From assembly GCA_951406725.2 (NCBI GenBank), contig OX597822.1, positions 65,286,001 to 65,350,000 on the forward strand: a stretch of 64,000 bases of DNA, given 5' to 3'. The DNA is from Octopus vulgaris (taxonomy: Eukaryota). Made by a program: the position numbers and the translations under genes. Of the stretch, positions 1-11,274 are shown piece by piece (positions within the stretch are counted from its first letter, which is position 1; every line of letters starts with the position of its first letter). A model generated the notes under the pieces. It searched no databases and was not told where the DNA came from. It worked only from the letters and a program-made list of their open reading frames with translations.

Positions 1-1725
1 CTTTGATCATAGGATTCTTTGTTCAAAGCTGTCTGGAGGCTAAACAACAGCAAAAACATGTAATGGGTTTTAGATATTTAAGAATATATCTTCTATATCT
101 ACATAAATGATGCGACTCCTAGTATTATTCATACAGTGTTACCTAATACCATTTAACTATTCCCCGCCCCCGTTCGCAATTGCCATTCTGATATTTCAGC
201 ATTCGACATGAAAAATACTACAATTCCCACAGTTGTACTTAAGTTCTATTCTAATAGTCTTTCTGTTTACATTTATCAAATTGTTATTCCAGTATTCCTA
301 CATTCCAGATATAAATCCTTATATTATTCATATAGTTTCAACTAATAATTATTCTCATGTTCCTTCTGCACATGTTTTTCAAACTTCTCTTTTAATATTC
401 GTACTTGCCATACCGATTCACCTTCTGGTCTATTATTTCTTCTCCATTTTCTGTACCAACTGAACTTCAATTTCGTTTTATAAGTCGATTTCTCTACTCA
501 ATAACATATATAATTTATAATTACATATAATTTTTTTTTCTTTTTTAATTAATTAGTATTGGAAGCAATTATAAGCATATATTGTCTTTATTTTGTTTTT
601 TCCTGACCATTTTACTTATGTATTTTTCTTATTCGTAGTTATAGAAGAATTGGTTAGTCGCCATTATTTTATCAATTTATATGTTAAACTATCTTCTGCT
701 TATGATTTACAGAAGTATCAATGATTGATGTAGCAGCTAAATTAAATTCTCTTAAATTGATAAATTTCTAACGTTCGTGTTTTTATTGGAATTTCTTATT
801 GAGTTTAGACATCTTATACACACGCGAACAAATACATACAAGCAGTTACACGCACAAACATAAACACGTGTATGTAAATATAGCCATAAATTTGCATATA
901 TAAAACCGTACAGAAACACATACAGGCGTACATACACGTATGAGGATAATTATGTGTACTTTTTATATGCCTAAGTATATGTATAATTGCATATGTTTAC
1001 GATTGTGCCTGTACATACATTTGTACTCTTATAGGCAAGTGTGCTTTTATGTGCTTGCATCAGTGGTTGTATGTGTACACGAGAATCGTCCGTGTTCACA
1101 CATGTCCATATATCAGTGTTTTATTTTTTACCGAAATTCATCAAGTTATAAATGCATGACATTATTAAAAATGACCAGAATTCTCCGAATGATTAACATT
1201 TTCTTTGAACGGAATACAATTAAATATAATTATTATTCATTAATTTTATATTTTTCAATAGTTGATTGTAAAAGCTCTCTTCTTATTCCAAATCTTTCGA
1301 ACTAAATGGAATTAATTGTTTTGTTATTCTCATTTGAGAACCAAACAGGATATTTTTGAGTAACACATGAACCATTGTCCTTCTGTTGTTGATATTTATG
1401 CTTCTGTTGTGGCAAACGAAAACAAAAATCACTATAATTATTATTACAGGTCATTGCGTCTAGATGTGGTAACAAGACCAGCGAAACCAGTATGCACTCG
1501 TTCGACTTCTTTCCAGTCAACTGTAGTTGTATCTTGAAACTTGAAACGCCAGCATCATTTGATAAAGAAGGCTAGCAAGGCTAAGTTGGTTTCGGGTTCG
1601 GTCCCACTGTGTAACACCTTGGGCAAGTGTCTTCAGCTATAGCCTCGGGCCGACCAAAGCCTTGTGAGTGGATTTGGTTGACGGAAACTGAAAGAAGTCT
1701 GTCGTGTGTGTATATATATATATAA

Positions 1726-2030
1726 CGGGAAGCTTTATGAAAATAAACAAAAGACGAAGGCAGGTGGAATACAAACAAACAATTGTATTAGTATGGCGCT
1801 CAGGAATATAAATAAAACAAGTCTTTTACGTTTCGAGCCTGCGCTCTTCAACAGAAAGATACACAGAAAAGAAACACAGAAAGAATCAAGGAGAGAGAAA
1901 AAAATGCGTGCAGAGGCTAGCGAATCAACATGGCGATCTGATTTCGGCCAGAAGTCAAAGATCAAACGTGAGACGCAAGAGCGAAATTAGGGGAGATAAT
2001 AGTGTTAAATGACCTCGCCCCAACATAAGA
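1726..2030 (-). mobile_element. Probable Penelope-like terminal-repeat fragment (family P2) with hammerhead-like motif, inserted in (TA)n
   Basis: Homologous to 16706-16950 in opposite orientation; both abut (TA)n; hammerhead-like motif at 1822-1859. The PLE assignment is inferred from that motif. Confidence 0.6.
1822..1859 (-). ncRNA. Minimal type I hammerhead-like motif, variant core CUGUUGA
   Basis: Minus strand reads tcttt-CTGTTGA-a-gagc(gcag)gctc-GAAACGTA-aaaga; stems I and II pair fully; stem III is a short ACGT palindrome. Confidence 0.55.
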
Positions 2031-2344
2031 GTGTGTGTGTGTCTGAGAGAGTATGTAGTGCGTGTGAAAGGTCTGGACGTGTGTATATATGATGTGATGT
2101 ATAAAGTCGTTTGGTGTAGTGTAGAGAGAAGAGATGAGGGGGAGAGGGGAAGAGGGGGGGAGGTAAGGGGGAGAGAGAGGAGAGATGAGGGATATATATA
2201 TATATACACATATATAAATGTTGAAGCGAATCGAACGGCTTTTGTGTGTTTCTTAAGTGGCTTACTAACACCTTCCACGCTGCAATTGTTTTCGTTTCAG
2301 CACACGATCTCAGATCAAATCACTTGCTATGCAGGTACATCTCC

Positions 2345-2375
<31 letters not shown>

Positions 2376-2382
2376 ATATATA

Positions 2383-2415
<33 letters not shown>

Positions 2416-2491
2416 ATGTATGTATGTATGTATGTATGTATATACGTATGTATGTCTATGTATATCTATGTATATATATGTATGTATATAT

Positions 2492-2525
<34 letters not shown>

Positions 2526-2601
2526 CATGTATCTATATGTATCTATATGTATATATATATATATATATATGTATGTATATGTGTGTGTGTATATATATAT
2601 G

Positions 2602-2634
<33 letters not shown>

Positions 2635-3084
2635 GTATATACTTATGTGTCTGTGTTTCTGTGTCTGAGTTTATCACCACCCCCATAAGTTGACAACCGA
2701 TGTTGGTGTGTTTACGTCACCGTAGCTTAACAGTTCGGCAAAAGACACCGATAAAATAAGTACTAAGGCTTACAAAGAATATGTCCTGGGATCGATGTCA
2801 TTTAAAGCGGTGCTTCAGCATGAACGCAGTCAAATTACTGGAATAAGTAAAAGAATAAGGCAATAGTGTTCCTGTCGCTGGTGGTTAAGGACTTGCTGAT
2901 GAACATGGGCAAAATGCTGAAAGACCCATATTTTGTGCTCTTTCTTTTTTATTGGTTCCCCTATTCTTTCCGTATAGAAGCGATGTTGTCCAATGCAAGC
3001 AAAACCGAACCTTGCACCACTATGATTTTCTTCTTTTAGTAAGGCAATACAATAAAGCTTATTAATACCGCCTATATTAATCCC

Positions 3085-3197
3085 TTTCAGCTTCACTTAT
3101 TGCAGCAGTTCTTTAGTTTTTCTAAGCCCTGTAAAAGAACTCGGAAGGTTGGCCTCCAATCAGGTCTTTCGCGATACTCAAAGCCAGGAACTTTGTA
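3085..3197 (+). mobile_element. Partial copy of the mariner-type MITE seen at 21754
   Basis: 'cacttattgcagcagt...gtaaaaga...cggaag...agccaggaacttt' shared with ~21850-21955. Confidence 0.55.
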
Positions 3198-3447
3198 CTA
3201 AAATGAATTCATAAGCACACATATAACATCCAAATGTACATCTTTTTTCTCTCATGTGATAGGAGTCCTAGGTTTCGGAATCTTCAAATATATATATATG
3301 CGCGGTAGACCGCAAGCAACTTTTCAGCCCAAAGATACTTAGTTAACCTGAGGTTTACATTGTCCTTACAAGATCCCGTGTGAACTCGTAGGGGAATCAA
3401 TCAAAATTCGTAGAAAACACATTTCGAGTAAAAATAAAAGTATATAT

Positions 3448-3860
3448 ATGCAGGCATGGCTGTGTGGTGAGAAGCTTGCTTCCCAAACACGTGGTTCCAA
3501 GTTCTGTCCCACTGCGTGGCACCTTGGCCAAGTGCATTCCACTATAGCCTCGGGCCGACGAAATACTTGTCAATGGATTTGGTAGACGGAAACTGAAAGA
3601 AACCCGTCGTGTATAAATATATGTGTGTATGTTTGTGTGTGTATATATATTTATGTTTGTGTGTCTGCGTTTGTCCCCCCCCCACCATCGCTTGAAACCG
3701 ATGTTGGTGTGTTTATGTTCCTGAAGCTTAGCGGTTCGGCAAAAGAGACCGATAGAATAAGTACAAAGCTTACAAAGAATAAGTCCTGGGGTCGATCTGC
3801 TCGACTAAATGTGGTGCTCCAGCACGGCCGCAGTGAAATGATTGAAACTTGTAAAAGAAT
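3448..3860 (+). mobile_element. tRNA-derived SINE family A, full length, with internal (TA/TG)n
   Basis: Head 'ggcatggctgtgtggtgagaagcttgct...ggttccaagttctgtcccactg' with degenerate A/B boxes, central microsatellite, tail 'gaaacttgtaaaagaata'; about 15 related copies in the window. Confidence 0.85.
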
Positions 3861-3868
3861 ATATACAT

Positions 3869-3911
<43 letters not shown>

Positions 3912-4219
3912 AGTGGGTAGGCTTATGGAGACGAGGAATTCGATTCTTCGTCTTTTCCATAAACTATGAGCTCACCCGCGCACACAGACAGAGAGACAGA
4001 TAGGCAGACACAAACGCGCGCGGACGCACGCGCACACATGCACACACACATACACACGACCCGCACCTGGAACAGAAGTTTCATAAGCTCTTTCATATAT
4101 TCGCTCGTAATCTGAAAGAGAAAGCCGATCACGAATGAATTTTAACTTAAATCATAGTGTGGTACACCTGCGACGTATCAAAGTTCCATTTCTTTCAAAT
4201 TGAAACTAATAAGGATTTC

Positions 4220-4531
4220 TTACATTTATTTATCGGATATTTGTCCTCATCTTGTTTGGCATAGTGGTTAAGAGCGCGGGCTACTAACCCCAAGATTCCG
4301 AGTTCGATTCCAAGCAGTGACCTGAGTAATAATAATAATAATAATATTAATAATAACAACATCGAAAAATACCTTAAGAATGAGAACCCAGATTCAAAAT
4401 TTCCCCAAGACACCTGATGAAAGCTGGAGAGTATATCAGCCGAAACGTTGTATTAATAACAAACAAGATGAGGACAAATATCCGTCAAATGTAAATAATG
4501 TACATAATTCCTCGTCTTTTAAATATAGAAC
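4220..4531 (+). mobile_element. Penelope-like terminal repeat (family P1): short inverted piece + tRNA-like cassette + (TAA)n + hammerhead
   Basis: 4234-4258 is the reverse complement of 4460-4484; A-box-like tggcatagtgg 4257-4267; B-box gagttcgattcc 4300-4311; hammerhead 4409-4454; homologous to 13872-14063, which follows a GIY-YIG-type ORF end. Confidence 0.75.
4409..4454 (+). ncRNA. Minimal type I hammerhead ribozyme motif
   Basis: gacac-CTGATGA-aa-gctg(gagagtatat)cagc-c-GAAACGTT-gtatt; canonical core, AACGTT palindrome in stem III; one mismatch in stem I and one at the base of stem II in this copy. Confidence 0.7.
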
Positions 4532-4932
4532 GGGAAGGATTTCTTGGACCACGGGCTATACGTCCCCTGCCCAATTCAAGATCACAACATACATGTACAC
4601 TGCAACATAATTTCTTTTCCTCAACAGGCCCTGCCCTATTTAACATTGTCCCGAGGGAGATCAAAGAGGAAAAGGATCCCATCAACTTTAAACAGAGTCT
4701 GGATAGATTCCTTCAAAGAATACCAGATAAGCCACCCATAATTGGATACAACTCACCCAACAAGAACTTACTACTTGAACAAAACTGGATACAACTCACC
4801 CAACAAGAACTCACTACTTGAACAAAACTTGACTTAAACAGGATTCGAATAATCCTATCAGGTGGTGCTATTAAGTTAGACATGGCCTGGACCAATCCTT
4901 GGTCGAAACATATCTAAGTTTATCTAAGTTTA
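4532..4932 (+). mobile_element. CR1-clade LINE 3' fragment (ORF2 C-terminus, 3' UTR, tandem tail)
   Basis: Translation HNFFSSTGPALFNIVPREIKEEKDPINFKQSLDRFLQRIPDKP resembles CR1 ORF2 C-termini; ends in (tatctaagtt)x2; internal ~43-bp tandem duplication at 4743-4828. Confidence 0.75.
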
Positions 4933-5214
4933 TATGGGCACATCTTTTCGAAAGAGATACGCAATTCATTCGAAACGCAGTCATGTGTTTAGCCTGGTTT
5001 GGTTTTGAACTCGGAATATAATGAGTGTGTGTGTGTGCTTGAATAAGCATTTTATATGTCGTTCTTTAGTTATTGACCGTTCTCCATTTCTTTATTGAAC
5101 AGCAGGGATTCTAAATATAAAATTTCAATAGAAACAATTCTATAATACTAGAACACTTAAAATACAATATAGCTGGAGATGGTCATGGTAGTCGCGGTGG
5201 TAGTGCCTGCAGTT

Positions 5215-5343
5215 AAAGAGAGAGAGAGAGATATAGAGGGGGGGGGAAGGGAGAATGAGCGAGATACAGGTTCAAAGGAGAGAGAGAGAGCGAGTGAGAG
5301 ACAGAGTGTCAGAGAGTGACCCACAGAAAGTAGAGAGACAGAG

Positions 5344-5378
<35 letters not shown>

Positions 5379-5695
5379 AAGAGAGACACAGAGACAGGAA
5401 AGAAAGACAGGAAGACAGACAGAGAGAGAGACAGAAATAGACACACAGAGGAAAGAGAGAGAGACAGAGAGATAAACAGTGAAAGAAAGACAGGCAGACA
5501 GAGAGAGAGAGACAGACAGACGACAGACAGAGAAAGACAGAGAGAGACAGAGAAAGACAGAGAGAGACATACAGAGAGAGATAAAGAGAGAAAGAGACTG
5601 TAAAACACACATGCACACACGTGCCGAGTGAGTGAGTGTGAGGAAAAGAGGGAGGGAGAGAGAAAAGAGAGAGAGAGAGAGAGAGAGAGAGGGGG
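5215..5695. repeat. GA-rich polypurine tract
   Basis: Imperfect (GA)n/(GACA)n runs. Confidence 0.9.
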
Positions 5696-5930
5696 TGATA
5701 GGGTTACGTACCCGTGTGCCCTGCGACTGACCTTCGCTTAATTAGAAAGGCCTGTTGTTTTATAATGTTTTAAGGGGTTTGAATAAACAGGTCATGACAT
5801 CTATTGTTTACTTTATGAACAAGTCTGTCACCACCAGCCTCACACTCTAAAAACACTTTTAATTCACAATCGTCAATACAAATTCACACAGAACACACCA
5901 CGTATACACACACACACACACACACATGCA

Positions 5931-5973
<43 letters not shown>

Positions 5974-6094
5974 ACACACACACACAAGCGCTAACTCTTC
6001 ATGTCCCTTTTTACACAATAGTCATTCAATTCAATATCTTCCATTAACAAACTATCCTACAATATAAAAAAAATAAAAATAAATCTGCTGCTGC

Positions 6095-6110
6095 TGCCAC
6101 TACAACTACA

Positions 6111-6171
<61 letters not shown>

Positions 6172-6374
6172 ATGTTGTTACTACTATTACTACTAATGTT
6201 ACTACTACTACTACTACTACTACTTGCCATACAGCCACCAGAAGCAACGCAAACATTTCCATTATCACAATAATCGTCGACGTCATCGTCATCGCAATCA
6301 CCGTTGTCATTACCACCAACCACCACTACCACCACCACCACCATCACCATACCACCATCATCATCATCATCATT

Positions 6375-6408
<34 letters not shown>

Positions 6409-6416
6409 CCATCTCC

Positions 6417-6467
<51 letters not shown>

Positions 6468-6480
6468 GTCATCACCACCA
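6095..6480. repeat. (ACT)n and (CAT)n trinucleotide microsatellites
   Basis: Directly visible. Confidence 0.95.
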
Positions 6481-6544
6481 GCTGTAGCAGCCTTTAACCA
6501 TTATTGCTTTCTTTATTCCTTTTCATTATTTTCACTCGTGTAGG

Positions 6545-6546
6545 TG

Positions 6547-6610
<64 letters not shown>

Positions 6611-6702
6611 ATATATATATATATATGTACAGACGTACATACTCTCATTTATATATACATTTATACACATGGAGCGTGTAAATATGTGTGAATATAAACT
6701 GT

Positions 6703-6758
<56 letters not shown>

Positions 6759-6853
6759 ATATATATATATATATATGTACAGACGTACATACTCTCATTT
6801 ATATATACATTTATACAATGAGCGTGTAAATATGTGTGAATATAAACTGTGGA

Positions 6854-6897
<44 letters not shown>

Positions 6898-7004
6898 TAT
6901 ATACATGTAATATATATATATATATATGTACAGACGTACATACTCATTTATATATACATTTATACACATGGACGTGTAAATATGTGTGAATATAAACTGT
7001 GGAT

Positions 7005-7060
<56 letters not shown>

Positions 7061-7288
7061 TTATATATATATATATTACAGACGTACATACTTCATTTAT
7101 ATATACATTTATACACATAGCGTGTAAATATGTGTGAATATACTGTGGATATACATATATTTACAATATTATAACACATATATATATGTATATATATATA
7201 TATATATACATATATACATATATACACGCATATATATATGTATGTATATATATATATTATATATATAGATATATATATTATATAAATG

Positions 7289-7327
<39 letters not shown>

Positions 7328-7330
7328 AAT
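6545..7330. repeat. Compound minisatellite: four ~150-bp units with an ~80-bp unique core separated by (TA)n
   Basis: 'acagacgtacatac...tttatatatacatttatac...cgtgtaaatatgtgtgaatata(a)actgtggat' starts at ~6627, ~6777, ~6928 and ~7077. Confidence 0.9.
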
Positions 7331-7644
7331 CGTGTAAATATAGAAATCAGCATACAAGCCGTTACACCCATCATACACCAGAAACTAACCCCATTGCCCC
7401 CTCTTCTACAAGATCACCAGCTGTTTCCTATTAAAACTTTGCAAAAATTGGATAATGCTTGTTCTTATGGCGATATCCAATTTTACTTGATTTTCATTGT
7501 AAATAAATTGATATTTTTTGTAATGCTTTTTTTTTTTCTTTCGCAAGCATCATAAGTATTTCCTTCATCGTATTTCTACAGAAAGATATTCATTCATTCA
7601 CGCATATATATGCGAGTTTGTGTGTGCGTATGCACCTCTATTTC

Positions 7645-8280
7645 GCGGTTGTATGGTAGGTAAGTAGCTCGCTTCCCAACCAATTGGTTCCGGGTTCTGT
7701 CCCATTTGGTGGCACCGTAAGAATGTGTCTTCTAGTATAGCCTGGGGTTGACAAAAACCTTGTCAGTGTATTTGGTAGACGGAAACTGAAAGAAACCCGT
7801 CGTATAAATGAATAAATAAATATATATATATATATGCGTGCGTGTGTGAGTATGTGTGTGTCTTTGTGTATATTTGTGTTCCCATTATCGCTTGACAATA
7901 GCGGCGAGCTGGCAGAAGCGTTAGCGCGCCGGGCGAAATGCTTAGCAGTATTTCGCCTGCCGCTACGTTCTGAGTTCAAATTCCGCCTTTGCCTTTCATC
8001 TTTTCGGGGTCGATAAATTAAGAACCAGTTACGCACTGGGGTTGATATAATCGACTTAATCCGTTTGTCTGCTCTTGTTTGTTCCCTCTGTGTTTAGCCC
8101 CTTGTGGGTAGTAAAAAAATAGGTTAGTGTGTTTACGCCCCCGTAAATTAGCAGTACGGCAAAGAGACCGATAGTATAAGTACCCAGCTTTAAAAATAAG
8201 TAATGGGGTTGATGCATCCGACTAAAGGCCCTAGAAGGTGATGGCTCAACTTGGCTGCAGTCTAATGGCTGAAACAATTA
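7645..8280 (+). mobile_element. SINE family A copy interrupted by a SINE family B copy (~7901-8121)
   Basis: Family A sequence stops at 'gcttgacaa' and resumes at 'gtgtgtttacgcccccgtaa'; between them is 'gcggcgagctggcagaa...ccccttgtgggtagtaaaaaaata'. Confidence 0.8.
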
Positions 8281-8757
8281 TAAGCAACGTTGAATAAGAT
8301 ATATTCGTGGAAAGCAAATGAACATGTTCGAGGTCCACTTTACCCTTCATCCTTTCGGGGTCAATAAATTCAGTTGAGTACTGAGGTTGATCTAATCAAC
8401 TGCTCCGAAATTTCGGGCCTTGTGCCTAGTGTAGAAAAGTATATTATTACAAGCTAATGACAGAAAAAAATTCGACCTGTTAGAAATAGCAATCAAATCT
8501 TCAAAATACAGCATAGCTCCGCAAAAATAGAAGAACACCTTAGACTATGTTGTCTCGTAGATATATAAAGGCGGTATGGTCAAAGCTGGAATGCTTTGGT
8601 TCATCGGCCAAACTCGGTGGGAGTTGATTTGGAGTTAGACATGAATAGCAAAAATAAAATCGACCCAGTTCTTCTCGGAAATGATAAAATTATTTCATAG
8701 GGAGATTGTGGATGCAGCGGTCGGAGTTGTGTGACCATTTTTGTTTGTGAGATCGAG

Positions 8758-8912
8758 CTACGTTCTGAGTTCAAATTCCGCCGAGGTCGACTTTGCCTTT
8801 CATCCTTTCGGGGTCGATAAATTAAGTACCAGTTGCGTACTGTGATCGATCTAATCGACTGGCCTCTCTCTCCAAAAATTTCGGGCCTTGCGTCTAGAGT
8901 AGAAAAGAATAT
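8758..8912 (+). mobile_element. SINE family B, 5'-truncated, second tail type
   Basis: 'cgttctgagttcaaattccgccgaggtcgactttgcctttcatcctttcggggtcgataaattaagtaccag...gggccttgcgtctagagtagaaaagaata'. Confidence 0.8.
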
Positions 8913-9374
8913 CAACATGTTCGAATGCACTCGTACTTGAAAAGACCTTCCGCTTCGAAGGTAGCCACGTGAGAAAATTATCTCTTAGATATGTAGCAAG
9001 TTGTGAATGACGACACTGGAAGTTAAGTCGGCCGGCCCTTTTATGTTGTTTCATTTTGTCATTTACAAACACCATGTCTCCTTCTCACATAGTCTCTCCT
9101 CTCTGTTCATTTGAAACGTACGTTCTCAAACCTTATGCATTTGATTTTACCAGTTAATGTCCTTGAGGCAAACTTTCAAAGTGAGTTGAATTAAGCAAAC
9201 ACTATCCACTGAGAGAGATTTTGTCATGGAGAAATAGCTTTGATAAAGTTTTTTAGCTGCTATTTCTAATGAGTTCGCAGTACCTAGACAGGCATTTCGA
9301 AGGAGTTGTTGCTTCATTAGTCACAGACACTGACTATGAAACACAGAGATGGGAAGGGTGACGAAAAAGCTAGC

Positions 9375-9629
9375 ATATGTGTGTATATATATATATGTGT
9401 GTGTGTATGTGTGTATGTGCATATATATATGTACATATATATATATACATAATATATAAATATATATATATATAATATATATATATAAATATATATATAT
9501 ATAATATATATAAATATATATATATATAATATATATATATATAAATATATATATATATAATATATATGTATGTATGTATATATAGATATGCATATATGCA
9601 TATATATATGTATGTATACATATATATAC

Positions 9630-9713
<84 letters not shown>

Positions 9714-10732
9714 AGAGAGTGAGAGAGAAATGGAAAAGGATATATATGTGTGTGTGTGTACAGGTATGTCATTACACACACTCACAAAGACACACATATA
9801 TATACACACAGATATATAAAAGTGAGTGCTGTGAAGTAATGATGTATGCCTAGCATTAGCTAGCATTAGCTAGCCAACAGTATAAGCTGTATGTAATTGA
9901 ACCGTCAAGCATATTACTAAGTCATCTTGCGATATTCAACATCCCTCCATATTTTTCGCATGAAGTGCATCATTAAATTTTCGTTCCTTTATCCCTCAAC
10001 TATTATCTTGTACGTTATATAAATTCTTATATTATAGCAACATTCACTCCTTGAAATATGAAATTGACATCCAAACTTGGCTGCTATTTTATTTATTGAT
10101 CCCAGAAGAATGTAAAGCAAAGATGACCACGGTGAAATTTAAACTCTGAATGCAAAGGGATGTAACTATAGAGTTGAAAACAATTTTACGAAGGGTGACG
10201 AAAGAGCTAGCATATAACAGTATCCATTGGCTGAAATAAAAAGCATCGTAAAATTGTTTTCAACTCTATAGTTACATCCCTTTGCATTCAGAGTTTAAAT
10301 TTCACCGCGGCCATCTTTGCTTTACATTCTTCTGGGATCAATAAATAAAATAGCAGCCAAGTTTGGATGTCAATTTCATATTTCAAGGAGTGAATGTTGC
10401 TATAATATAAGAATTTATATAACGTACAAGATAATAGTTGAGGGATAAAGGAACGAAAATTTAATGATGCACTTCATGCGAAAACTTTGGAAGGATGTTG
10501 AATATCGCAAGATGACTTAGTAATATGCTTGACGGTTCAATTACATACAGCTTATACTATTGGCTAGCTAATTCTAGCAATACTAGGCATACAGCATTGC
10601 TTCACAGCACTCACTTTTATATATCTGTGTGTATATATATGTGTGTCTTTGTGAGTGTGTGTAATGACATACCTGTACACACACACACATATATATCCTT
10701 TTCCATTTTTCTCTCACTCTCTCCATATATGC

Positions 10733-10765
<33 letters not shown>

Positions 10766-11025
10766 TATATGTATACATACATATATATGCATATATGCAT
10801 ATATATATACATACATACATACATACATATATATTATATATATATTTATATATATATTATATATATATATATATTTATATATATTATATATATATATTCA
10901 TATATGTATATATTATATATATATATATAATTATATATTATGTATATATATATATGTACATATATATATGCATACACACATACAAACACACACACATATA
11001 TATATATACACACACACACACATAT
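9375..11025. repeat. Long inverted duplication: arms ~9375-10191 and 10246-~11025, 54-bp spacer
   Basis: '...gttgaaaacaattttacga' is mirrored by 'tcgtaaaattgttttcaac...'; the match runs through unique and microsatellite sequence with scattered substitutions; 26-bp direct repeat at 9353-9378 and 10190-10215. Confidence 0.95.
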
Positions 11026-11215
11026 ATATATACATACGTATGTATATATATGGGGCATATATTATTATATAAATAATATATAATTATAGTTATTAAAAAA
11101 AGACCTATATGGGTCGCTTTTCTCCCTAATTCAAAGCCTTTGTGTTTATACACACACACACACATATATATATGTATATATAATATATGTATATGTGCAT
11201 ATATAGCTGGATGTT

Positions 11216-11274
<59 letters not shown>

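Larger units (their letters stand above)
1580..2852 (+). mobile_element. tRNA-derived SINE family A, split copy (5' half ~1580-1712, 3' half ~2645-2852) interrupted in its central microsatellite
   Basis: 5' half 'gggttcggtcccactgtgtaacaccttgggcaagtgtcttc...gacggaaactgaaagaag' and 3' half 'ttgacaaccgatgttggtgtgtttacg...gcggtgcttcagcatg' match the intact copies at 3448 and 53344. Confidence 0.75.

Noticed and set aside
1302-1520. 72-aa minus-strand ORF in unique sequence
   Set aside because: No recognisable motif or splice context; the length is compatible with chance.
2031-2693. 220-aa ORF and the many similar YI/CV/TH-rich ORFs across the window
   Set aside because: Translations of (TA)n, (TG)n and (TACA)n microsatellites that happen to lack stops; no domain content.
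4257-4322. Functional tRNA gene
   Set aside because: No acceptor stem in this copy, weak D and anticodon stems, and it lies within a retroelement repeat. The SINE heads were rejected as tRNA genes for the same reasons.
6545-7330. CRISPR-like repeat-spacer array
   Set aside because: Eukaryotic context; the 'spacers' are (TA)n and the repeats are ~80 bp; no cas genes.
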